64,000 nucleotides of DNA from Roseibacillus sp. (GCA_965242925.1 CBDEUM010000030.1:224001-288000), one strand, 5' to 3'; numbered from the stretch's first letter, positions 9,369 through 20,051 are shown. The notes: generated from the letters alone by a model not told the origin. Translations and numbers: made by a program.

Positions 9369-12095
9369 ATGCAACCCACGATCGTTTTCCTCTCCGGCCT
9401 GGTCATCCTCGCTCTCCTCTTCTGGTATCTTGCCAGTGACGATATCAGCCGCAAACGCAAGGTGGGGACCACCCTCATTGCAGGGATCGTCCTGCTCTGC
9501 ATCTGGTCGCTGGCCCCTCGCTCCGAGGACTCCGAATTCCGCGCCGGGGATCTGATCGCCCTCGGCGACGGCTACGAGCTCACGGTCGAGGCCATTGCTG
9601 CCACCGACAAAAAGGGGGAGGAGATCGAGATGAAGCAGGAGACTCTCGATGCCAGGTTGCGCACCCTGCAGGAGCGCCTGCAGATCGACGGGAAGGGCGC
9701 GACCTACTCCTCCAACCTCCCCAGGACCATTACCATCCGCATGCCAGGATTCTCCGAGGAGGAGGCGGAAGAGGTGAAGGCCAAGGTCATCGCCAAACAA
9801 CAGGTCGACTCACTCAAGCCCGGGATCGACCTGGCCGGGGGAGCTTCCTTCACCCTCCAGGTCCAACCCAAGGTCGATCAGGACGCTGGAGAAACAATCG
9901 AAGTGACCTCCGACGCCATTCAGCAGGCCGTCAAGACCCTCCAGGGACGCCTCAATCCCGACGGCACCAAGGACATGCTGATCCAACCCCAGGGCGAGGA
10001 CATGATCATCATCGAGATGCCCGGTGTCTCTGAGGAAGAAGCCGCCTGGGTCCGGGAAATTATCCAGAAACAGTCCGTCCTCGAACTGCGTGCAGTCCAC
10101 CCCAACAATGACAGTCTGGCCCCCCAGGTTGCTGCCAAGGAGAAGGCAGTGCCCGGATACAGACTCTATACCCATTCCTACACCAACGACCGCACCGGGG
10201 ATCCGGTCACCGAACAACTTCTCCTTGAGAAGCGCAACAAGATCGAGGGCAAGCACGTCAAGAAGGCCTTTCCAGACCAGGGATCGACGGGTGTGGTCCG
10301 GGTGGAACTGAGCAACAGCGGAGGCAAACTGATGCGGAACCTGACCGCTCCCATGACCAAGGGGAGCGACCGGCTTGCCATCGTCCTCGACGGCGAAATC
10401 AAAAGCGCACCCGTGGTTCAGGCCACTCTCTCCTCGATCTTCGTCATCGAGGGAATGGGCGATGCGGAGGAGTGCCGCAATCTCTCCGCCACCCTGATGA
10501 ACCCCCTGGAGAACCCCCTCAAGATCCTGAAGGAATCGACGGTCACCGCACGCCTCGGTGCTGCCACGGTCAGCCAGGGAATCTACGCCGGCATCGCCGG
10601 ACTCGCACTCACCCTCGTGTTTCTCATCATCTACTACCGCATCGCAGGATTCATCGCCCTCATTGGTCTTACCATAAACGTGCTTATCCTTTTCGGGGCG
10701 ATGGCCATGTTCGAATTCACCTTCACCCTGCCGGGGATCGCCGGCATCATCCTCACCATCGGGGTGGCCGTGGATGCCAACGTCCTCATCTACGAGCGCC
10801 TGCGCGAGGAATTGCAGGAGGGAAAATCGCTGGGATCCGCCATTCAGGCTGCCTATGAGAAGGCCTTCACCGCCATCTTCGACGCCAACATCACCACCCT
10901 CATCACCGCCATCATCCTCTTCTGGCGTGCCTCGGGCACGGTCAAGGGCTTCGCGATCACCCTCACGATCGGAATTCTGGCCTCCATGTTCGCAGCCCTG
11001 GTGGTGACCCGCGTGGTCTTCTGGTGGACCGCACGCGGACCGGACAAGGGCGTTCGCAAGCTCACGTTCCTGAATATGGCCCCCAAGAGGACCATCAACT
11101 TCATGGGCCTGCGCAAGGCGGCCTTCGCAATCTCGCTCGCCGGACTCGCCGGCAGTCTCCTCATGGTCGGCACCAAACGCGAGGAGGCCCTCGGCATCGA
11201 CTTCGCAGGGGGTGCCCTCATCCAGTTCCAGACCCAGGAGGAACGGGTTCTGGAAAAGGACGCCAGCGCCGCTCTCGAGGACCTGGATCTCAAGAAGGTT
11301 CCCATCATCCAGAATGAAACTCTCCCCGCTCCTGACAATTCAGAGATTCTTTCCATCCGCTGCGCGGATGAGGATGCCCAGCAGATCGTGATTACCCTGC
11401 GGGAGAAGATCCCTTCTCTCAGCCTGAAGAAAGACCCCGTGGAAGGGAACCCTGCTTCCGCTACCGGGGAAGACGGAGCTCCTGATACCCCATGGAAATA
11501 TGATTCTTCCCGGGACACCGTGGAAGCCAGCCTGGGCGCGGATTTCCTTGTCAATTCCCTCATCGCCCTCGGGATTGGCCTCGTGGGCATCCTCCTCTAC
11601 ATCACCATTCGCTTCGAATTCTCCTTTGCAGTGGGCGCATTTGCCGCCCTCTTTCATGATGTCCTCATCTGTATCGGCATCGTGGTCCTGGCCGGGCAGG
11701 AACTCTCCCTCATCCACGTCGGCGCCTTTCTTACCATCGCAGGATATTCCATCAACGATACCATCGTCGTCTTTGACCGGATTCGGGAAACGCTCCGTAC
11801 GAAACGGGGAGAGGTAGCCAGTGTGATGAACCTGGCCATCAATGCGACCCTGTCCCGGACCATCCTGACTTCCCTGACCACCTTCATGGCGGTCCTTGTG
11901 CTGTATATCTTTGGAGGAGCCTCCCTCAAGGCATTCTCGTTCGCCATCATGATCGGGGTCATTGTGGGGACTTACTCTTCCATCTTTGTCGCCTCGCCCA
12001 TCGTGCTCATCTGGAGTCGCATGCGCGGAACCAACCTTCGCCGCGAACTCCTCGACGCCAATCTCGAAGCCCAGGTCAATCCGGGGCGCGGGTAA
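9369..12095 (+). CDS. secDF: Fused SecD/SecF protein translocase subunit
   Basis: GIDLAGG, TLPGIAGIILTIGVAVDANVLIYER, GIDFAGG and GYSINDTIVVFDRIRE motifs. Confidence 0.96.
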   Translation: MQPTIVFLSGLVILALLFWYLASDDISRKRKVGTTLIAGIVLLCIWSLAPRSEDSEFRAGDLIALGDGYELTVEAIAATDKKGEEIEMKQETLDARLRTLQERLQIDGKGATYSSNLPRTITIRMPGFSEEEAEEVKAKVIAKQQVDSLKPGIDLAGGASFTLQVQPKVDQDAGETIEVTSDAIQQAVKTLQGRLNPDGTKDMLIQPQGEDMIIIEMPGVSEEEAAWVREIIQKQSVLELRAVHPNNDSLAPQVAAKEKAVPGYRLYTHSYTNDRTGDPVTEQLLLEKRNKIEGKHVKKAFPDQGSTGVVRVELSNSGGKLMRNLTAPMTKGSDRLAIVLDGEIKSAPVVQATLSSIFVIEGMGDAEECRNLSATLMNPLENPLKILKESTVTARLGAATVSQGIYAGIAGLALTLVFLIIYYRIAGFIALIGLTINVLILFGAMAMFEFTFTLPGIAGIILTIGVAVDANVLIYERLREELQEGKSLGSAIQAAYEKAFTAIFDANITTLITAIILFWRASGTVKGFAITLTIGILASMFAALVVTRVVFWWTARGPDKGVRKLTFLNMAPKRTINFMGLRKAAFAISLAGLAGSLLMVGTKREEALGIDFAGGALIQFQTQEERVLEKDASAALEDLDLKKVPIIQNETLPAPDNSEILSIRCADEDAQQIVITLREKIPSLSLKKDPVEGNPASATGEDGAPDTPWKYDSSRDTVEASLGADFLVNSLIALGIGLVGILLYITIRFEFSFAVGAFAALFHDVLICIGIVVLAGQELSLIHVGAFLTIAGYSINDTIVVFDRIRETLRTKRGEVASVMNLAINATLSRTILTSLTTFMAVLVLYIFGGASLKAFSFAIMIGVIVGTYSSIFVASPIVLIWSRMRGTNLRRELLDANLEAQVNPGRG

Positions 12096-12195
12096 TTCTC
12101 AGGGGCAACGGCAACCCCCGGGGCTCCCCGCCTGACGGCAGCCCAATTCTCTGGAAAATCCCGTCCCCTCTGCTACCTTCGGAATTCTGCCGAAG

Positions 12196-13383
12196 ATGCC
12201 CCGCCGCGCCTTTCTCCCCGCCCTGCTCCTTCTTACCGCGGATTTCTCTCCCGCCCAAGAGCACGCGGGCCCTCCTGTCGACAAATCTTCTGCTTCCGAG
12301 ACGGCGGCATCCCTCCCGCCCAAGGACGACGGAACCCGCGTCTCCATCCTGGGTTACCACGAGTTTTCCTCCAGCCTGGCGCCCTCCCAGATGCGGATTC
12401 GCACGGCCACCTTTCGCAAGCAGATGGAGGCCCTCAAGAATCTCGGTCTTCCCGTGATCCCTCTGGAGGATCTCCTGGCCTGGAAAAAGGGCGTGAAATT
12501 CATTCCGCCCCGCTCGGTGGTCCTCACTATCGATGATGGCTGGAAGTCGGTCTACACCGAGGCCTTCCCCATCCTGAAGGAATTCAGGTTTCCCTTCACG
12601 ATCTACCTCTACAAGAACTACGTCGACGGTGGAGGACGGGCCCTCACCACCGCCATGATCAAGGAAATGCAACAACACGGTTGCACCATCGGGAGCCACT
12701 CCGTGTCCCACCCCTTCCCCGGCACCGTCAAATATCACGCCAGGAAGGGAGCCGAGGCCTACGACAAGTTCCTCCGGCGGGAGTTCGGCGAATCCAGGCG
12801 CTTCCTGGAATCGAAGTTTGGACAGAGCATCACCACCTACGCCTATCCCGGAGGCTACTACACTGAGACCATGTATCCCATAGCCGAGGAATATGGCTAC
12901 GACTACCTCTTCACCGTCCTTCCCGGGAAGATTCGCCGGGACCTTGATGACAGACGACTCCCGCGCTACATCATTCACGGCAATTCCGACCTTCACTTCG
13001 AACAGGCCACCACCTTCAAGTCCATCCTCGGCACTGAGACCCTGGTGGGCGCCGTTGTCCAGACCACCCCGCATCCCGTCGTGCCCGAACCTGGCAGCCG
13101 CATCGAATCACGACTTCCCTCCATCAGGGCCGATCTTTCCGATGTGGAGAATCTTGATGCGGAATCCATTGTCATGCGCGTGTCCGGTTTTGGCAGGGTG
13201 GAGCACAAGTATGAGCCCGCCACCTCCCAACTCAGCTGGACCGTCAACCGCCGCCTGCGTCACCGCGTGTGCGAAGTAAACGTGCAGTGGCGCCTGAGGG
13301 GGCGAACCAAGTACGAATCCCCCCTGCGCTGGAGCTTTCTTATCGAGCGGGAGGCTGCCTATCAGGCGGGAGCGGGAGAGTAG
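12196..13383 (+). CDS. Secreted polysaccharide deacetylase (NodB/CE4) with a beta-rich C-terminal domain
   Basis: Signal peptide; ILGYH, LTIDDGW, IGSHSVSH and YAYPGG motifs. Confidence 0.88.
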   Translation: MPRRAFLPALLLLTADFSPAQEHAGPPVDKSSASETAASLPPKDDGTRVSILGYHEFSSSLAPSQMRIRTATFRKQMEALKNLGLPVIPLEDLLAWKKGVKFIPPRSVVLTIDDGWKSVYTEAFPILKEFRFPFTIYLYKNYVDGGGRALTTAMIKEMQQHGCTIGSHSVSHPFPGTVKYHARKGAEAYDKFLRREFGESRRFLESKFGQSITTYAYPGGYYTETMYPIAEEYGYDYLFTVLPGKIRRDLDDRRLPRYIIHGNSDLHFEQATTFKSILGTETLVGAVVQTTPHPVVPEPGSRIESRLPSIRADLSDVENLDAESIVMRVSGFGRVEHKYEPATSQLSWTVNRRLRHRVCEVNVQWRLRGRTKYESPLRWSFLIEREAAYQAGAGE

Positions 13384-13536
13384 GCAAACGGTATTCGTTA
13401 TTGAGTTATTGCCCATAAGGGCACAGAACCCAGCTCACCCGACATCCCGGTTCCACCGAAAGGAACGAACCCTTCCTCACCAGATCGATCCCCGCTCCCC
13501 TTCCCCGGCAATCATACCTCCATCCCCGTTTTTCCT

Positions 13537-14937
13537 ATGTTTTCTTCGCTCGCTGACAATCTCGACGTGACCTTCCGCAACCTGCGGGGGGTGGGCCGAA
13601 TTTCCGAAAAGAACATCTCGGACGCCCTTCGTGAAATTCGTCTCGCCCTCCTTGAAGCGGATGTCGAATACAAGGTGGCACAGACCTTCATCGAGAGCGT
13701 CAAGAAGAAGGCCGTGGGCGAGGATGTCCTCAAGTCCATCAAGCCCGGCGAGCAGATCGTCAAAATATTCCACGACGAGCTGACGACCCTCCTCGGCGGC
13801 GACCAGGCGCCTCTCGATCTCAATCCCCCTGCCCGCATCCTGCTCTGCGGACTGAACGGTGCCGGCAAAACCACCACCGCGGGCAAACTCGCCCTGCGAC
13901 TGAAAAAGGAAGGGCGCCGTCCGCTCCTTGTGGCCTGCGACCTCTATCGCCCCGCCGCCATCGACCAGCTCGCCACCATCGCGAAGCAGGTCGATGTCCC
14001 CTGCTATACTCCGGAGGCAGGAGAAAAGAACGTGGTGAAGGTAGCAAAGGCCGCTCTGAAGTGGGCGGAACGTCAGTCAGGATCCTGCATTATCTTTGAT
14101 ACCGCAGGCCGACAGGAAGTTGATCGGACCCTGATCAGGGAACTGCAGGACCTCCACAAATTTCTCAAGCCGAACGAGACTCTCCTCGTGGCGGATGCCG
14201 CCACCGGCCAACAGGCCGTCAAGGTAGCACAAATCTTCGACGAAGCGGTCGTTCTCAGCGGAATCGTCCTCACCAAGCTCGATGGGGACGCCCGTGGTGG
14301 CGCCGCCCTTTCCATGCGTGCGGTCACCGGTCGACCTATCAAATATGTGGGCGAAGGGGAAAATCTCGACCAGTTCAATGAGTTCCACCCCGACCGCATG
14401 GCAGGCCGTGTCCTCGACATGGGAGACACCGTCTCCATGGTCGAGCAGGTCGCTGAACACCTCGACGAGGAGAAGGCGGCCAAGGCCGCCAAGCGACTGG
14501 AGAAGGGACGTTTTGATTTCAACGACTTTCTTGAGCAGATGAAGATGCTTCAGAATCTCGGCCCTCTTGAGGGACTGCTCGGCATGCTCCCCGGCTTCAA
14601 CAAGATCAAGAAACAGCTTCCTTCCGGCGCCCTCGACTCAAAGCGAATCAAGCACATGGAGGCCATCGTGCTTTCCATGACTCCCAGGGAGCGTACCCGC
14701 CCTGAGATCATCAAGGGCACGCGCCGTAAACGCATTGCCAGCGGCTCCGGTCGCACTCTCCTTGAGGTCAATCAGCTCCTCAAGCAATTTGGCATGATGC
14801 GCAAAATGATGAAGTCGAAGGGCAAGATGAAGAACATGATGAAACAACTTGGCGCCCTCGGCGGGGGTGACATGGGCGGCATGGAGAACCTCATGGGCGG
14901 CATGGATGGAAAAGGAGGGCCGAAGCTCCCCTTTTAG
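13537..14937 (+). CDS. ffh: Signal recognition particle protein
   Basis: GLNGAGKTT, DTAGR, TKLDGDARGGAALS and a Met-rich M domain. Confidence 0.97.
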   Translation: MFSSLADNLDVTFRNLRGVGRISEKNISDALREIRLALLEADVEYKVAQTFIESVKKKAVGEDVLKSIKPGEQIVKIFHDELTTLLGGDQAPLDLNPPARILLCGLNGAGKTTTAGKLALRLKKEGRRPLLVACDLYRPAAIDQLATIAKQVDVPCYTPEAGEKNVVKVAKAALKWAERQSGSCIIFDTAGRQEVDRTLIRELQDLHKFLKPNETLLVADAATGQQAVKVAQIFDEAVVLSGIVLTKLDGDARGGAALSMRAVTGRPIKYVGEGENLDQFNEFHPDRMAGRVLDMGDTVSMVEQVAEHLDEEKAAKAAKRLEKGRFDFNDFLEQMKMLQNLGPLEGLLGMLPGFNKIKKQLPSGALDSKRIKHMEAIVLSMTPRERTRPEIIKGTRRKRIASGSGRTLLEVNQLLKQFGMMRKMMKSKGKMKNMMKQLGALGGGDMGGMENLMGGMDGKGGPKLPF

Positions 14938-15051
14938 ACTGCAGGGATCATTCTCCGCATCAATCCAACCAGCAACAACCTGCTCTCCTTTCAGGACGGG
15001 GGACACTCCCTCTGGTGACGACAAACCTGGAAAAACCCGCCCGCCTCTGCC

Positions 15052-18000
15052 TCACTCCGCTGAGTCCAACCGTCGGGCCGCCCGCGAAGCCGCTCCCTTG
15101 GATTCTCCTCTTTTCGTATCAGCCGCAGTGAGACGCATGCCCACCGGTTTGGACACTCCGAACTCCTCCATGGTCACCCCGTAGATCACATCCGCGCGGT
15201 TCATGGTGCGCTTGTTGTGGGTCACAATGATGAACTGGCTCTGGTCCACGAAGCGATCGAGCACCTTGAGAAAACGCCCGATATTGGATTCATCAAGAGG
15301 AGCATCCAGTTCATCCAGAACACAAAACGGGCTGGGTTTCACCATGTAGATAGAAAAGAGCAAAGCTACCGCTGTCATGGAACGCTCTCCTCCGGAGAGC
15401 AGGGTGATGGACTGCAGCTTCTTTCCCGGGGGTTTGGCGATGACTTCGATTCCGCAATCGAGTGGATCCCCTTCGTCCAGCAGGATGAGGTCGGCCCTGG
15501 CACTCGATCCGAAGAGCTCCTTGAACATCTCCCGGAAGTTGGTCTGCACCTGTTCGAAGGTCTCCGCGAAGAGAATGGTTGTCTCGGTATTAATCTTTTC
15601 GATCACATTGAGGAGCTCTTCCTTGCCGACAACGAGGTCGTCGTGCTGCCCCTTCACGAAGTTGTGCCGCTCTTCCAATTCCTCGTATTCATCGATGGAA
15701 TCGATATTGACCGGCCCCATCCGGTCCAACCTGCCCCGGAGTTCGAGCACCACAACCTCTATGAACCTCCAGTCCGGGCCGTCCTCAAGTTCGATATCCT
15801 CAAGCTCTTCCTCCACACACTCGGTGACGGAGATCGACTCTTCATCCTGTGGTTCGGACGCCTCAGTGTGATCGGACTCCTCGCCATCATCCTGTTCCCC
15901 GTTACTGTCGCCGACAGAAATCTTCCCCTCTTCCTCAACCTCCTTCGCCGCCATCGTGGCCCGACGTTTCTCGAGGGATCGCATGGCCCTTCGCTGCTCC
16001 CCCATGCAGGTAAGGAGCGTGTGGGAATCGGGCTCGAAGGTCTGCAGATCCACCTGATAGCGCTCCATCACACTTTCCAGGAGCTTCTCCAGGCGCATCT
16101 CGATCTTGGCCAGGGCAACCTCCTCCCTCCCCCGCTGCTCGCCCAATTGATCGATCTTGTGACGCAAATCGGAAAGAGCGGCCTCAGCGCCATTGATCGC
16201 CTGTTGAAGTTCGCCGCGGCGCCTTCCGGCGTCGTTCAGTTCCGCCTCCACCTTCTGCCCCTGGCGACCACGTTCCGCAATCTCCTCCCGCAACCCCTCA
16301 TCCTCGTGCTCCGCTGATCCGATCCGCTTTTCGAATTCCTCGATCTCGGATAAACGACGGCTGTTGATCTCGCGCAATTCTCCAATCCGCGTCTGGATGG
16401 GCACCTGTTGTTGCTCGGCCGCCTCCCTGGCCCCGCGCTCGACAGCCAGAGCGGTCTGCAGTTTCCCCTGCTCGTCGCGCTCCTCAGCTTCGCGACGGCT
16501 CAGTTCCTCAAGCTGCATGCTCAAGCGGTTGATTTCGCTTTCCACGGTCTCCAACCGTCCCCGCGCCTCGCTCAAGTCCCTCTCCAGGGCAACTCGTGCC
16601 GCATTGGCACTCTCCTCGCGCGTCTGAATCTCCTCCTGCTCGCGCGTCACGTTGGCCAACTTACTCTCGAAGGAACTCACCTCCTGCCCGGCCAGCGAAG
16701 CACGACCGTGCAGGGTGGAAAGCTCCACCTGCTGACGCTGCAACCGGTCCTTGGCCTGCTCTGCCGAGGCCTGTAATTCGTCAGCTCGATGCTCCTGTGA
16801 AAGCACCTTGTCGCTCTCCTCGTGAAGGACAACCCCGAGATGCTTCACCTCTTCCTCCAACTCGGCGACCTCCTTGTGCCGCTCCAGCATGGATTTGCCG
16901 GCTTCTCCGGAAGCCCGGCCGCCTCGGAAAATTCCCTCCGGGTGCAGGATCTCACCCGCCAGGGTCACACACGACCAGACAGGATTCTGCGAGCGCAGTG
17001 CATGAGCTGCCGCGCGGTCTCGCACCACCAGAACATTTTCCAGCAACTTTGCCACGATGGAGCCCACTTCCTGGTCCGACTCCACACAGTCGGCGACCCA
17101 GCACTCCGCCCCTTCCGGCACAGTCATCAACTGTCGCTCATGTTCCGGATTCACCCAGTCCGGTGCGATGATGGAAACTTCTCCCTGTCCGCTCTGCGCC
17201 AGACTGTCGAGAATAGCATCGGCCAACTCCGCGTCGCGCACCAGGATCGCCTCCAGATTCGATCCCAAGGCGCCTTCCACTGCTCGCTCGAAACCGCTCC
17301 GCACCTCCAATTTGCTTCCCAGCACCCCCCGTAAGCCAGGTTTGATCAGGTGGGGATCGTCCAGTCCGGCCAGCACGCTCTGGGTCCCTTCCTTGAGACC
17401 TTCCCCCCGCGCCAGCAGTTGCTGCAACAACTCCAACCGGGAACGCCGTGCGGTCAGGTCCCGGTCCAGTTCAAAGCGCCGCTCTCGACAGGACTCCAGG
17501 TCCCCACGGGCGTGTTGAAAGGAACGTTCGGTCGCCAGTTTCTGTTCTTCGATCTGCCTGGCCCGCTCTTCTTCCTCCGTTATCTTGCCCTTCAGTTCTC
17601 CCTCGGTGGTCTGCAGTTCCACAATCTCCACCTGCAGCACTTCCTCCTCCTCCTTGAGACGACGGAGTCGGTCGCGACTCGCGGTAGACGAGACGTCCGC
17701 ACTCTCAATGCGGGCTTCCGCTGAAGCGACCGCGGTCTCCAGGCGCTTCGCCTCCTCCCGTGCCTCGTAGAGCCGACTGGCACTCGACTCTCGCTGGCAA
17801 ACCAGTTCATCAACCAGGATGGTCTTCTGCGAGAGAGCCTTGTCCCGCTCCTCGATACACTTGAGCAACGCATCAAGTTCCTCCCTGGACACACTGAAAT
17901 CAAGTTCCTGTTGTGCAAGTTTCTCCTCGGCCACCTCCAGATCGTCGCGGTTGGTCTGGATTCGCTCGCCCAATTCCCTGCAACGTTCCTCGTTGAAAAG

Positions 18001-18912
18001 AATCCGACTCTCGGCTGTGTGAGACGCATTGTGGTGACTGGAGAGACGCTGCCGCAGTTCCGAGAGTTCACTCTCCAAATTGGTGGCCTTGTCCCGTGCC
18101 CCCACCACTTCCATCTCGACTTCGGGCAGGCTTGCCTCAAATGACCCGCGCTGCTGTTCGATCGACTTCAGGGAATTCACCAGTTCCTCCCGCTCAGCCG
18201 CCTGTTCGCTGAAGCCCTTGTGGCAGAGATGGGTATCGAGAATCTTGACGTCGTTGGCGAGGGCCTGGTAACGCCGCGCCTTGGCAACCTGGCGCTTGAG
18301 GGAATTGATACGTCGCCCCTGCTCCACCAGCACATCGTTGACCCGCAGGAGATTCGCTTCGGTATACTCCAGTTTGCGCAGGGCCTCCTTTTTCTCCTTC
18401 TTGAACTTCGTGATCCCGGCGGCTTCCTCAAAGACCTGGCGCCGATCCTCCGGTTTGGCGCTCAGGAGAAGATCGATCTTGCCCTGCTCCATGATGGAGT
18501 AGGCCGCTCGTCCAATCCCTGTGTCCATGAAGAGCTCGTGGATGTCACGAAGACGACACAGCGTCTCATTGATGCGGTACTCGGATTTGCCGTCCCGGAA
18601 CACCCTGCGCGTAATGGCCACCTCGTTAAAATCCGTCTTGAGAGTCTCCTCACAGTCGGTGAGATTGAGGGTCACCTCCGCCATGGGCAGCGCCTTGCGT
18701 TTATCCGTGCCATTGAAGATGACATCCGCCATCTCTCCGCCCCGCAGGGCCTTTGCCGAGGTTTCCCCCAGCACCCACCGCACCGCGTCCACCACATTGG
18801 ATTTTCCGCATCCGTTGGGACCCACGATCCCTGTGATCCCCTCATGAAATTCGAAGGTGGTACGTTCAGGAAATGACTTGAAACCTTGGAGGACGAGGGA
18901 TTTGAGATGCAT
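15052..18912 (-). CDS. smc: Chromosome segregation protein SMC
   Basis: GPNGCGKSN Walker A, coiled coils, hinge, LSGGE signature and LDELDAPLD. Confidence 0.97.
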   Translation of the reverse strand: MHLKSLVLQGFKSFPERTTFEFHEGITGIVGPNGCGKSNVVDAVRWVLGETSAKALRGGEMADVIFNGTDKRKALPMAEVTLNLTDCEETLKTDFNEVAITRRVFRDGKSEYRINETLCRLRDIHELFMDTGIGRAAYSIMEQGKIDLLLSAKPEDRRQVFEEAAGITKFKKEKKEALRKLEYTEANLLRVNDVLVEQGRRINSLKRQVAKARRYQALANDVKILDTHLCHKGFSEQAAEREELVNSLKSIEQQRGSFEASLPEVEMEVVGARDKATNLESELSELRQRLSSHHNASHTAESRILFNEERCRELGERIQTNRDDLEVAEEKLAQQELDFSVSREELDALLKCIEERDKALSQKTILVDELVCQRESSASRLYEAREEAKRLETAVASAEARIESADVSSTASRDRLRRLKEEEEVLQVEIVELQTTEGELKGKITEEEERARQIEEQKLATERSFQHARGDLESCRERRFELDRDLTARRSRLELLQQLLARGEGLKEGTQSVLAGLDDPHLIKPGLRGVLGSKLEVRSGFERAVEGALGSNLEAILVRDAELADAILDSLAQSGQGEVSIIAPDWVNPEHERQLMTVPEGAECWVADCVESDQEVGSIVAKLLENVLVVRDRAAAHALRSQNPVWSCVTLAGEILHPEGIFRGGRASGEAGKSMLERHKEVAELEEEVKHLGVVLHEESDKVLSQEHRADELQASAEQAKDRLQRQQVELSTLHGRASLAGQEVSSFESKLANVTREQEEIQTREESANAARVALERDLSEARGRLETVESEINRLSMQLEELSRREAEERDEQGKLQTALAVERGAREAAEQQQVPIQTRIGELREINSRRLSEIEEFEKRIGSAEHEDEGLREEIAERGRQGQKVEAELNDAGRRRGELQQAINGAEAALSDLRHKIDQLGEQRGREEVALAKIEMRLEKLLESVMERYQVDLQTFEPDSHTLLTCMGEQRRAMRSLEKRRATMAAKEVEEEGKISVGDSNGEQDDGEESDHTEASEPQDEESISVTECVEEELEDIELEDGPDWRFIEVVVLELRGRLDRMGPVNIDSIDEYEELEERHNFVKGQHDDLVVGKEELLNVIEKINTETTILFAETFEQVQTNFREMFKELFGSSARADLILLDEGDPLDCGIEVIAKPPGKKLQSITLLSGGERSMTAVALLFSIYMVKPSPFCVLDELDAPLDESNIGRFLKVLDRFVDQSQFIIVTHNKRTMNRADVIYGVTMEEFGVSKPVGMRLTAADTKRGESKGAASRAARRLDSAE

Positions 18913-18942
18913 TCGGACGGTGAATACTGAGGGCGTGCGAGA

Positions 18943-18971
18943 ACGCTAGGGAGCCTCTCTGAAGTGAGCAA
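18943..18971 (-). promoter_or_regulatory. Sigma70-like promoter of smc
   Basis: TTGCTC-17 nt-TAGCGT, 30 nt upstream of the ATG. Confidence 0.55.
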
Positions 18972-18987
18972 GCACAGAAGGGCATTT

Positions 18988-19034
18988 TGACAAGATATTG
19001 GGGTGATCTCCCAAAACCATACAATATATTCTGC
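18988..19034. promoter_or_regulatory. Tandem NrdR-box-like operators
   Basis: tgaCAAGATATTGggg (18988-19003) and ataCAATATATTCtgc (19019-19034) are 31 bp apart. Each matches the CWATATATWG core at 9 of 10 positions. Confidence 0.65.
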
Positions 19035-19230
19035 TCAGGATGAACGGGTTTTGGAAACCTGAATAATTACAGAGCTCGTTCCTGCCTGGTTTTTCGCTCG
19101 CGATATTGCCGTCCTGATACCATTGACCTTTCCATTCCTTTCCGGGAATAGAAGCCTTTGCACCGAGAAACTGCTGACCGGTCAATGCCCTTTCCCCCCA
19201 AGGATCACAGATCCCACGCGTCCCCTGCAG

Positions 19231-19259
19231 TTGACCTTCCCTCCCGCCCCCTCTAGAAG
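19231..19259 (+). promoter_or_regulatory. Sigma70-like promoter of the SDR gene (near-leaderless)
   Basis: TTGACC-17 nt-TAGAAG, 9 nt before ATG 19269. Confidence 0.55.
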
Positions 19260-19268
19260 GCGCTCCCC

Positions 19269-20051
19269 ATGTCCGAATTCCTTACCGAACTCTTCTCCCT
19301 CGACGGCAAAGTCGCTGTTGTGATCGGCGGCACCGGCGAACTCTGCGGCGCGATGGGAGAAGGGCTGGCGCAAGCGGGCGCCGAGGTGGTATTGGTCGGC
19401 CGAAGCGAGAAAAAGGCTGCCTCCCGCATGGGTTCTATCGCTGAAAAGGGCGGAAAATCCCGCTTTATCGCCGCCGATGTGGGCACCCGGGCCGCTCTCG
19501 ATACCCTGTGCAACGAAGTAGTCGCCCAATGCGGTCGGGCCGACATCCTCGTCAACGGAGCGGGGGTGAACTCCCCCACCCCCATACTCGACATCACGGA
19601 GGACGAATTCGCACACATCCTCGATGTCAACTTGGCGGGTGTTCTCCGTGGTTGTCAGAGCTTTGGAACCTATTTTCTCGATAACAACGTGCCAGGATCA
19701 ATCATCAACCTGGGGTCCATTTCCGGCCTCAATCCCCTTTCCAGGGTCTTTACCTATTCGGCCTCCAAGGGGGCGGTGCACAACCTCAGTCGCAATCTGG
19801 CCCGTGAATGGGCGCCACACGGAATCCGGGTCAACACCCTGGTTCCTGGCTTCTTTCCGGCCGAACAAAACCGCAAGGTCCTCACCCCCGAGCGCGTGAC
19901 ACAGATCATAGGCCACACCCCGATGGACCGCTTCGGCGAGGCCCATGAACTGATCGGAACCACCCTCCTGCTCGCCTCCAACAACGCAGGCGGTTTCATC
20001 ACCGGCACGGAGATGATCGTCGATGGCGGGTTCAATGCTATGAGCATCTAG
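19269..20051 (+). CDS. Short-chain dehydrogenase/reductase (sugar-acid dehydrogenase-like)
   Basis: IGGTGELC Rossmann motif, VNGAG, catalytic YSASK and VDGGF. Confidence 0.9.
   Translation: MSEFLTELFSLDGKVAVVIGGTGELCGAMGEGLAQAGAEVVLVGRSEKKAASRMGSIAEKGGKSRFIAADVGTRAALDTLCNEVVAQCGRADILVNGAGVNSPTPILDITEDEFAHILDVNLAGVLRGCQSFGTYFLDNNVPGSIINLGSISGLNPLSRVFTYSASKGAVHNLSRNLAREWAPHGIRVNTLVPGFFPAEQNRKVLTPERVTQIIGHTPMDRFGEAHELIGTTLLLASNNAGGFITGTEMIVDGGFNAMSI

Noticed and set aside
13449..13471. GNRA hairpin GGUUC-CA-CC-GAAA-GG-AAC-GAACC upstream of ffh resembling SRP RNA domain IV
   Set aside because: The conserved CAGG/AGCA symmetric loop is absent, and the match is too short to distinguish from chance.
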